A DNA stretch of 64,000 nt, from the NCBI GenBank assembly GCA_963663475.2, contig CAXXJV010000001.1, positions 2,272,001 through 2,336,000 of the forward strand. Direction: 5' to 3'. The position numbers and the translations under genes were made by a program. The notes under the pieces were generated by a model. That model worked only from the letters and a program-made list of their open reading frames with translations, was not told where the DNA came from and searched no databases. This document shows positions 28,938 through 37,124 of the stretch, piece after piece. Position 1 is the first letter of the stretch, and every line of letters starts with the position of its first letter. This DNA comes from Candidatus Cloacimonadales bacterium (GTDB lineage Bacteria; Cloacimonadota; Cloacimonadia; Cloacimonadales; JAFGVF01).

Positions 28938-29909
28938 TTACGATTCCTTATAAAATTCAATTACTTCGTGGAAGTTGTCTAATGTATCAGATTTTTCTAA
29001 AGGTAGTTCTTGATAGGTGTTGGAGACATCATAATACCAACTTTGAGATATTAGTTCAAAGCGGGAAACAAATATTTCGCTTTTAAGGATAGAAGCTAAT
29101 TTCCTTGCCCAAGAAAAGCAGAAATAAGGAATTATTCTAGACTTTGGAAGTGCTTTTCCATGAATTTCTTTAGAAATATAGTTAACTAGATCTATAAGAG
29201 AAATTGCTTCTTGGTCAGCTACAATGTATTTTGATCCTGATTTGACTGGGTTATTTGCACAAAAGGCAAAAGCTTTAGCGAGAGAATGGATATTTGTGAG
29301 TTGTATTTTTACTTGTCTTCTTGGGACAAGCATTAATTTTTTATCAACTAATTTACAGAGAGTATAGGGGAAACCATAATCTCCTTGACCATAAGTAATG
29401 GCAGGCCTGATTATTATGGCAGATAATCCTTGGGTAATTAGATCATTAATAATCTCTTCGCTACGTATTTTCGTAAAATGATAATAGTTATCATCTTGTC
29501 TTGGCGTTGATTCACTTGCTGGTAATTCTTTAGGAATAGCTCCAAAGACACCAACAGATGAGCAATAGACTAGTTTTGTCTTGTTAGATAAGCAATGTTG
29601 AGCAATAATGGAAGTAGCTTCAATATTAGCTAAATAGTATTTATCTTTAGAGTCAGGTCTCCCCCCTCTTATAGCTCCAATGTGCACAATAATATCAAAG
29701 TTATTTGCATTTAAATATGATTTTAACTTGTTTATATCACAAAGGTTGATTTCTACAAAGCTAACTTTATCTGAGAGTTCAGAGATTCTCTTGGGGTTAG
29801 TATTTGGTCTGATTAAACCGACTATTGAGTTTTCTGGATTTTTGACAAGTTCTTTTGCTGTTTCTTTTCCCACAAAACCACTAATTCCTGTTAATAATAT
29901 CTTTGGCAT
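28938..29909 (-). CDS. NAD-dependent epimerase/dehydratase (extended SDR)
   Basis: TGISGFVG, YCSSVGVFG, YHFTK (YxxxK), RPAITYG. Confidence 0.9.
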   Translation of the reverse strand: MPKILLTGISGFVGKETAKELVKNPENSIVGLIRPNTNPKRISELSDKVSFVEINLCDINKLKSYLNANNFDIIVHIGAIRGGRPDSKDKYYLANIEATSIIAQHCLSNKTKLVYCSSVGVFGAIPKELPASESTPRQDDNYYHFTKIRSEEIINDLITQGLSAIIIRPAITYGQGDYGFPYTLCKLVDKKLMLVPRRQVKIQLTNIHSLAKAFAFCANNPVKSGSKYIVADQEAISLIDLVNYISKEIHGKALPKSRIIPYFCFSWARKLASILKSEIFVSRFELISQSWYYDVSNTYQELPLEKSDTLDNFHEVIEFYKES

Positions 29910-30141
29910 TAATACTCCTATTATTGACTTATCATTAATTTAAATATAGCTAATAATAAGTCAAGAAAAAATAGCTTGATTACTTTCTCTCCTAATTAAT
30001 AATGGGTAAAGTTAAATAATGTATTAGACTTTGTGGTAGAACTATATTCAATAGCAATCTTCATTAAGCTCTAGTCTATTATTTTAGTTAATAATACTGA
30101 TATAGTAAAAAAATAAATAAAGAATATAAATAGGAGTTATC

Positions 30142-32097
30142 ATGTCTAATTTACAAATTAGTCAATCTGACTTGCCTTTTTTGAGGCTATTATCTGAGAA
30201 ATTTCCTACAATAGCAGCTGCAAGTGCCGAGATAATTAACTTGCAAGCAATATTAAATTTACCAAAAGGAACTGAACACTTTTTGTCTGATATTCATGGT
30301 GAGTATGATTCTTTTCAGCATGTAATCAAGAATGCTTCTGGGGTTATTAAGGGAAAGATAAAAAGTTTATTTGAAATAACTCTTACAAGTCAAGAGCGAG
30401 AAGAATTAACTTTTCTGATTTATTATCCAGAAGAGATTCTGCAGATTAAAAGAAATGAAAATAAAAATCTTAATGATTGGTATGCAGTAACTCTTTTTAG
30501 ATTAATTCAGTTGTGCCGAGAATCAGCTTCTAAGTACACAAGATCAAAAGTTAGAAAAGCTCTTCCCAAGGAATTTGCCTATATCATAGATGAGTTACTA
30601 AATGAGCAGGGTGAAAATAAGCATGAATATTATAATCAGATTATAAAAACTATTATTGAATTACGCAGAGCAGAATCATTTATTATTGAAATATCCAAGA
30701 TTATTCAGCGTTTTTCAGTAGATCATCTTCACATACTAGGAGATATTTTTGATAGAGGTTCTTCCCCTCATTTAATAATGGATCTCTTGGAAAAACACCA
30801 TAGTTTTGATATTCAATGGGGAAATCATGATATTTTATGGATGGGAGCTGGAGCTGGTTCTTTAGCCTGCATTACAAATCTTCTTAGGATATCCTTTCGG
30901 TATGGTAACATTGATACAATTGAGGATGGTTATGGAATAAATTTACGACCTTTATGGAAGTTTGCTCTAGATACATACAAAGACGACCCATGTCTTGAGT
31001 TCATGCCCAAAGAAAATAATGAATCTGAAAATGCTAACAACCTTGCTAAAATCTCAAAAGCAGTTGCAATATTACAGTTTAAACTAGAAGCTGAGTTGAT
31101 TAAAAGAAGACCTGCTTTTGATATGGATGATAGGCTTCTCTTGGAAAAGATAGATTACACAAAGGGAAGAGTTGTTATTGATGGTAATGAATATGAGTTA
31201 AGTTCTTGTAATTTTCCAACTATTGATCCTGAAAATCCTAATAAACTTTCTCCTGAGGAAAAACATATTGTTAAACAGTTGAAAGAAACTTTTATAACTA
31301 ATGAAAAACTTCAGAGACATATCCAGTTATTGTTAGCAAAAGGTTCACTTTATAAGACTCATAATAATAATCTTCTCTTTCATGGCTGTATTTTACTTAA
31401 TGAGGATGGTTCTTTAAAAAAACTACCAGTTCAGGGTAAAGAATACACAGGTAAAAAGCTAATGGATAAATTTGATAGAATAGTTAGACAAGGCTGTATG
31501 AGTAAGGATATTGTTGCTAAAAAATATGGTGAAGATATTATGTGGTATCTTTGGTCTGGAGTTGATTCACCTCTTTTTGGTAAGAAAAAGATGGCAACTT
31601 TTGAAAGACTTTTCATCAAAGATAAAGAAACTCATGTTGAAGAAAAGAATCCTTATTATGAGTTTAGAAATGATGAGAAGACCTGCAAAATGCTTTTAGA
31701 AGAGTTTGGCTTAAATCCTGAAAAATCTCATATTTTTAATGGTCATGTACCAGTCAAGACAGCTAAAGGAGAATCACCTGTCAAAGCAAATGGAAGACTT
31801 ATTGTAATTGATGGTGGTTTTTCCAGAGCATATCAAAAAGTAACAGGTATTGCTGGATACACCTTGATTGCTAATTCTCATGGATTAACTCTAACTGCTC
31901 ATCAACCTTTCGTTTCTAAGGATGAAGCAATTAATAAAAGAATTGATATTGATTCTCAAAGATCGATATTAGAAACTTCACATGAAAGAATTAGAGTTAA
32001 AGACACAGATACAGGTTCAATCTTAAAGCAACAAATCACTGATTTAAAAAAGCTACTATATGCCTATTCACATGGCGATGTAAAGGAAAAATTATAG
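30142..32097 (+). CDS. fbp: fructose-1,6-bisphosphatase class III
   Basis: LNLPKGTEHFLSDIHGE, GDIFDRG, QWGNHD, NGHVP, IDGGFS. Confidence 0.95.
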   Translation: MSNLQISQSDLPFLRLLSEKFPTIAAASAEIINLQAILNLPKGTEHFLSDIHGEYDSFQHVIKNASGVIKGKIKSLFEITLTSQEREELTFLIYYPEEILQIKRNENKNLNDWYAVTLFRLIQLCRESASKYTRSKVRKALPKEFAYIIDELLNEQGENKHEYYNQIIKTIIELRRAESFIIEISKIIQRFSVDHLHILGDIFDRGSSPHLIMDLLEKHHSFDIQWGNHDILWMGAGAGSLACITNLLRISFRYGNIDTIEDGYGINLRPLWKFALDTYKDDPCLEFMPKENNESENANNLAKISKAVAILQFKLEAELIKRRPAFDMDDRLLLEKIDYTKGRVVIDGNEYELSSCNFPTIDPENPNKLSPEEKHIVKQLKETFITNEKLQRHIQLLLAKGSLYKTHNNNLLFHGCILLNEDGSLKKLPVQGKEYTGKKLMDKFDRIVRQGCMSKDIVAKKYGEDIMWYLWSGVDSPLFGKKKMATFERLFIKDKETHVEEKNPYYEFRNDEKTCKMLLEEFGLNPEKSHIFNGHVPVKTAKGESPVKANGRLIVIDGGFSRAYQKVTGIAGYTLIANSHGLTLTAHQPFVSKDEAINKRIDIDSQRSILETSHERIRVKDTDTGSILKQQITDLKKLLYAYSHGDVKEKL

Positions 32098-32112
32098 GTA
32101 AAGGAGAATGAT

Positions 32113-32967
32113 ATGTCTGGAATAGTATTTTTTAAAACTAAGTCATTAGAAAATATCCATCACTTTTATCACAAGACTTTGGAAATGGAAGTATGGCTAG
32201 AACAAGCTAACTGTTATATTTATAAAAAAGGTAATCTCATTCTTGGTTTTCTCCAATCTGATCAAGCTGAAACTCATGGAATAATCACTATTTTTAATCA
32301 AAGAAAAACAGAAATTGATCAATATTACAAGAAATATGCTAATCTAGTAACTCAAGATCTAAAGGTTAACGAAAAGTTTAACATATACCATTTTTATATC
32401 TGTGATCCTGAAGGAAGGAAAATTGAATTTCAAACCTTCTTACACCCACTGAATGCTTATCATTCACTAGATGAAGGATTAGTTAAAAGACGCTCAATAA
32501 GAAACTTTAAGGACAAACAAGTAGAAAAAGAAGTTTTAGATAAGATTTTTTCTTTATGTCGTTATAGTCCTACTGCTAGAAATAGTCAAAGCTATTACTA
32601 TTTAGTAATTCAAGACCCAAAAGATCTTAACTGGTTAGCTAATAGCAGAGGACCTGCTGGTAATCCTATAAAACAAGCACCAATGGCTGTTCTTGTAATT
32701 TCTGATAATACTAAAACTAGAAGACTTGAACAGGATGCTGATATTGCTGCTACATACTTTATGTTAGCTGCTTATAGCTATGATGTAGCTAGTTGTTGGA
32801 TTACTGATATGAACAAAGACCAAGTAAAGTCTTACTTTAATATTCCCCAAGAATATCATATTAGTTGTGCTATTGCTACTGGATATGCAGATGAATTTAA
32901 GGTAATACCAGAAAGACGATCAACTCATGATTTTGTCTATTATGATCGATATGATATTCAAGATTAA
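32113..32967 (+). CDS. VOC/glyoxalase + nitroreductase fusion protein
   Basis: N-terminal FY...DPEGRKIEFQ; C-terminal RRSIRNF, SPTARNSQ, GY motifs. Confidence 0.85.
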   Translation: MSGIVFFKTKSLENIHHFYHKTLEMEVWLEQANCYIYKKGNLILGFLQSDQAETHGIITIFNQRKTEIDQYYKKYANLVTQDLKVNEKFNIYHFYICDPEGRKIEFQTFLHPLNAYHSLDEGLVKRRSIRNFKDKQVEKEVLDKIFSLCRYSPTARNSQSYYYLVIQDPKDLNWLANSRGPAGNPIKQAPMAVLVISDNTKTRRLEQDADIAATYFMLAAYSYDVASCWITDMNKDQVKSYFNIPQEYHISCAIATGYADEFKVIPERRSTHDFVYYDRYDIQD

Positions 32968-33040
32968 CAGTGCATTATGATTAGGTGAGTAGCAATAATT
33001 TACCATAAAGCTTCTGCAAAGATTATTATTTAAGTTTAAG

Positions 33041-33075
33041 TAGATTAGGGACTGGTTAAAGCTGTCCCTAATCTA
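33041..33075. terminator. hairpin between convergent genes (possible bidirectional terminator)
   Basis: TAGATTAGGGAC-11 nt-GTCCCTAATCTA. Confidence 0.6.
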
Positions 33076-33103
33076 TTATAAAATGCAAAATCCCTTATTT
33101 CTT

Positions 33104-33176
33104 CCATGATCCTTTCTTTACAGTCTTTCGATGAAAAGCGGACTTTCATCGAAAGACTGTAAAGGAAGGATAATGG
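33104..33176. repeat. palindromic intergenic repeat, copy 2 (loop AGCGGAC)
   Basis: CTTTACAGTCTTTCGATGAAA-AGCGGAC-TTTCATCGAAAGACTGTAAAG, with imperfect outer arms CCATGATCC / GGATAATGG. Confidence 0.95.
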
Positions 33177-33220
33177 ATGGATAAAGAGACATATCTAGAA
33201 TTTATAAAAAGATTCTGCAT

Positions 33221-33256
33221 TCTTCCCAAGAATTCTGAACTCTTCCCAAGAATTCT
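33221..33256. repeat. short tandem direct repeat with 20-bp period
   Basis: TCTTCCCAAGAATTCT at 33221 and 33241. Confidence 0.8.
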
Positions 33257-33268
33257 ACTGTGTTAGGG

Positions 33269-36200
33269 TTAATTATTATTTTTAGATTTTTTTTTGATTC
33301 TGTCGATTTGTTGTTGAGTAAAATCAGAATAATTTACATCTCCAGCATCTTTAAAGAGGAGATAAGCTTCTTCAAGTTTTTCAATAGCTTTTTGGTCATT
33401 AGCTAAAATTTCAAAGGTAATACCCCAGTTAAATAAGGCCTTTCCTTGTCCGATCTTATCACCGATTTCTTGCAAGCTATGATGTTGAATTTGGTAAAAT
33501 TCTAAGGCTTTGGGATAATTTTTCTCTTCTCTGAGAATATTAGCAAGATTCCCTATTGTATGGGCAATTCCTTCTTTATCTTGAAGCTCTTTTTGAAGTT
33601 CTAAATTTGATTCATAGTATATTTTAGCTTGTTTGAAGTCTTGTTTATTGAAAAAAGCATCACCAAGTCCGTCATTAGCATAAGTAATACCAATTTTATC
33701 ATTTATTAATTGAGCTATAGATTTAGCCTCTTGAAGATATTTTATAGCAAGGTCGAAATTTTGCAGAATGCTGTGTACATAACCAAAGTTGTAAAGAACA
33801 GTCTGCTCTTGTTGTTTATCTCCAATATACTTAGCCATCAATAAGCATTTATCTAAGGAATCAATGGCTTCTTGATCTTTACCTTGAGAGAAGAGAATCA
33901 TTGCTATTTCGGTATTTACTTTAGCAAAACCATGTTTATCCCCGATATTTTCAGCTATAGCAAGAGCTTCTGTAAAGTATTTTAAGGCATGATCTTGATT
34001 ACCTCTTCTTATCTCAATAATACCTAAGGAAGTTTTAGAGATGCGCAAGAAAATCTTTTTATTATTTTGGGAGGCTAGTTTACCTAATTTTTGGTAGCTA
34101 GCATTAGCTATATCATATTCAGCTCGATCTAGTGAATCTTGTCCAAGAATAGAATAATAGATTATTTGTAGTAAAGGTGATTGCTTACTAATCTCATTTT
34201 CTAACTTATTTTTTAAATTAAAGAATTTATTTCTAGCATTAGTCATTCTGAAATAATCCAACATTATTAAATCAATTCTTTGTTTTATTTCTGTAGAATT
34301 GATTTGTTTTTTTATATCTTCATGAAGTAATACTAGGTTTTTATAGTCTTTTTGGATATCTAACAATCTAAATTTTGCCAGATAGTAGAGATCTTTTTCT
34401 TGGTCATTTAGAAAATCAATATTTATTAAATCAAGATATTGTGTTACTTGAGGAGCTTTATTTTGTTCTAAGAATGAATTAACTAACTTTAGTTTTATTT
34501 GATTTTTTGTAAAATCATCAGTAGCAAAAGAAAGGGCTTTTACATAGTAATATGAGCATATTGAATAGGAAGCTTGCTTTTGGTTTTTATCAGCTGCTAA
34601 AAGAGACCATTTACAGGCTTGAGCAGGTATTTGGGCAGAAATAAAGTGATTAGCAATGACTTCATAGAAGGGAAGTAGATTATCTTTAAATTCTTGTAGA
34701 TAATAATTAGCAATTGTTTTATGAAGCTTACGTTTCTCAGTGAATAAGATTGTTCTGTAAATAGCATCTCTCATCAATGAATTATTAAAGTAATATTCAA
34801 TTTCGGGTAGAATTATTTTTTTAAAGAGTTGTTGATTTTGAGTTAGATTTTCTAAGACCTTTTCGATTTGGATTTGAACGAAGTCTTCAGAAAAGATATT
34901 TAAAACTTGATTATTAAAACTTACCCCCATGATAGAGGCATACTTTAGGACTTGTTTAGTTTGAGCATCAAGAGATTCAAATTCATTTAATAGAAGTGTT
35001 TCGAAAGTATTTGGTAATTTACCTTTTCTTACAAGTTGTTTAAAATCATTAAGATCAAATGTGCTATAATTATCAGTTAAATTTTCTTTAATAAGAGAGC
35101 ATATTTCTTTTATATAGGCAGGATTATTGTTAGCAAGCTTCAAAATCTCTTTTAAAGCAGCAGGAGTAATACTTAGTTTATGGAAGGAGACAAAATCCCT
35201 TAGTAAGTCTTCATCAAAATCTTTCATTTTAATAATATCTTGGGAATATAATCCATAACTAAGAAAAGAATCTAAACTACTAGAAGTTATACTAAGTCTT
35301 ATATTTTTAGAAAGTAATTTAGGAATAAGAATTTCTAGTAGTTTGGTTGATTCAAAATCTAACCATTGGAGATTTTCTAGAATTAGAATTTGATATTCTT
35401 CTAAGAGTAGGATTAATATTTCGGATAAAAGATCTAGGAGTAGAGGTAATTCTTTTTGCTTAATTTCACTATCACTTTCATTAAAAAATTCTTCAATTAA
35501 AGTCAAATCAAGGTTAATTTGCTTATTCTTCAAAAAATCTTCAATATGGGAAAGATCTGTTAGAATATTATCTAGTTTAGCATAAGCATTAAAAATATTA
35601 TAGAAGAGTGTGAAGGATTTTAGTTTATCATATTCACTCAAAACTAGAATTTTTACATGCTGATTATCATTTTTGTTTTTTAAATACTCATAAATTAGAT
35701 GAGATTTTCCGCTTCCTGATTTACCATAAATTAGGTTTAGCTTTTTATTATCCATATCTGCTAAAATATCATTATAAGCTATTAATTTACTATTTTTAAA
35801 CTTGTCAACATAGGCTGTCCAGTAATCAGAAAACTCATTACTAACATGATAAATTTCAATATCTTTGCTTATTCCTTTAACATTAACTTTATCTATGAAT
35901 TGTGTTTGATAACGTCCTTTGATAAATGGAAGGATTTCAGAAGAAAAAGCAAAGTCATTATCTTGAGATTTACTCATTAATCTTGCAGCAATATTAACCC
36001 CATTTCCTATAATACCATATTCATATCTGTCTATTGCCCCTAAAAGTCCACTGTAGATATTATTGTAAGTTAGGCCAATTTTTGTTTTTATAGCAGGAGT
36101 TTCAAGCTTGGATACTTTTAAACATGTGGCAAAAGCTCTTTCAATATCATCTTTATGGATAAATGGTACACCAAAGGTTATTAGTATTAAATATCCCTTA

Positions 36201-37009
36201 TCAGTGTAGTCTATCTTGTTAATTGTACCATCATAAAAATAGACAATACTTTGTAGTTTAGAGTAAAAATCTTGATAATGGATAATATCAATTTCTTTTT
36301 TTTCTAGAAGAGTACTTTCTAGTTGGATAAAAATTACGGCAGAGTTTTTTAATTCACCACTAAATTTTCCTGAGCTAAGCCAGTATGAAACTTTTTTAGG
36401 AAGAAAGTAGCTTGAACATTCGCTAGTTGTTAGATAATCTTGACTTGTTATCAGAGGTAGTTCACTTAAATTTCCTACCTCTAAGTTTTTATCACCTTGA
36501 ATAAAAATATCTTCAAGGGCTTTTCCTGAAATATAATAATCCAGATGGTGTTTAATATCACCAACAATATTAATATTTACTTTACCCCAAGACCAATTGC
36601 CGTGAAAAGCAATCTGAAATTTATAGATGTTCATAAATTTTTTATTAAGAATCTCAAGAGCTTTATTCATTTGGGAAAGGCTTATTAAGATTCTCTTACT
36701 TGCTATGTCTTGATCACCTGGGAAAAGAGCAAGTATAGAATCTCCACCAAACTTGATAAGGTCTCCCCCATTAGCTTCTAATACACGATACATTTCATCA
36801 AAATATGTATTAAGCATGTCAGTAATTCGTTCAATTGAATAATGTCCAGCTTGACTTATTTTCTCAGTAAGTTTGGTAAAGCCTTTAACATCAGTAAATA
36901 AAACTCCTGCATCGATACTAGTAGAATAGGGTATTTTATCAAGACAAAAGTCTTGACGACTGATAATTTTTCTAATTATATTAGGAAGTAATTTGGAATA
37001 ATTAAGCAT
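33269..37009 (-). CDS. soluble adenylyl cyclase-like protein: two class III nucleotide cyclase domains, STAND NTPase, TPR repeats
   Basis: FTDVKGFT and KFGGD (domain 1); NKID and GNGVNIAARLM (domain 2); Walker A GKSGSGKS; Walker B LILENLQWLD; GDKxG-type TPRs. Start placed at ATG 37009 after a GGGAGAG SD (ORF track start is 37027). Confidence 0.9.
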   Translation of the reverse strand: MLNYSKLLPNIIRKIISRQDFCLDKIPYSTSIDAGVLFTDVKGFTKLTEKISQAGHYSIERITDMLNTYFDEMYRVLEANGGDLIKFGGDSILALFPGDQDIASKRILISLSQMNKALEILNKKFMNIYKFQIAFHGNWSWGKVNINIVGDIKHHLDYYISGKALEDIFIQGDKNLEVGNLSELPLITSQDYLTTSECSSYFLPKKVSYWLSSGKFSGELKNSAVIFIQLESTLLEKKEIDIIHYQDFYSKLQSIVYFYDGTINKIDYTDKGYLILITFGVPFIHKDDIERAFATCLKVSKLETPAIKTKIGLTYNNIYSGLLGAIDRYEYGIIGNGVNIAARLMSKSQDNDFAFSSEILPFIKGRYQTQFIDKVNVKGISKDIEIYHVSNEFSDYWTAYVDKFKNSKLIAYNDILADMDNKKLNLIYGKSGSGKSHLIYEYLKNKNDNQHVKILVLSEYDKLKSFTLFYNIFNAYAKLDNILTDLSHIEDFLKNKQINLDLTLIEEFFNESDSEIKQKELPLLLDLLSEILILLLEEYQILILENLQWLDFESTKLLEILIPKLLSKNIRLSITSSSLDSFLSYGLYSQDIIKMKDFDEDLLRDFVSFHKLSITPAALKEILKLANNNPAYIKEICSLIKENLTDNYSTFDLNDFKQLVRKGKLPNTFETLLLNEFESLDAQTKQVLKYASIMGVSFNNQVLNIFSEDFVQIQIEKVLENLTQNQQLFKKIILPEIEYYFNNSLMRDAIYRTILFTEKRKLHKTIANYYLQEFKDNLLPFYEVIANHFISAQIPAQACKWSLLAADKNQKQASYSICSYYYVKALSFATDDFTKNQIKLKLVNSFLEQNKAPQVTQYLDLINIDFLNDQEKDLYYLAKFRLLDIQKDYKNLVLLHEDIKKQINSTEIKQRIDLIMLDYFRMTNARNKFFNLKNKLENEISKQSPLLQIIYYSILGQDSLDRAEYDIANASYQKLGKLASQNNKKIFLRISKTSLGIIEIRRGNQDHALKYFTEALAIAENIGDKHGFAKVNTEIAMILFSQGKDQEAIDSLDKCLLMAKYIGDKQQEQTVLYNFGYVHSILQNFDLAIKYLQEAKSIAQLINDKIGITYANDGLGDAFFNKQDFKQAKIYYESNLELQKELQDKEGIAHTIGNLANILREEKNYPKALEFYQIQHHSLQEIGDKIGQGKALFNWGITFEILANDQKAIEKLEEAYLLFKDAGDVNYSDFTQQQIDRIKKKSKNNN

Positions 37010-37082
37010 GATTTCTCTCCCAGGCAAAGATAAAATATATATTCAACTTAGATTAGATTTTGACAAGTAATTTCTCAAAAAA

Positions 37083-37114
37083 ACACAGAGAATAACAAGT
37101 GCTATTCTCTGTGT
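37083..37114 (-). terminator. rho-independent terminator after the giant gene
   Basis: Minus strand ACACAGAGAATAGCA-CT-TGTTATTCTCTGTGT followed by TTTTTT. Confidence 0.85.
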
Positions 37115-37124
37115 CATAGATTAA

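Noticed and set aside
30010-30090. Structured RNA upstream of fbp (TAGACT...AGTCTA)
   Set aside because: Pairing is short and AT-rich, and cannot be distinguished from chance by eye
33221-33256. 20-bp tandem repeat as an att site or target-site duplication of the cyclase/giant block
   Set aside because: No matching copy was seen at the other end of the block and there is no integrase in the window
33269-37009. Pycsar, CBASS or Avs defence locus
   Set aside because: No adjacent cNMP-binding, TIR, nuclease or TM effector and no other defence genes; the architecture fits the sAC-like STAND family
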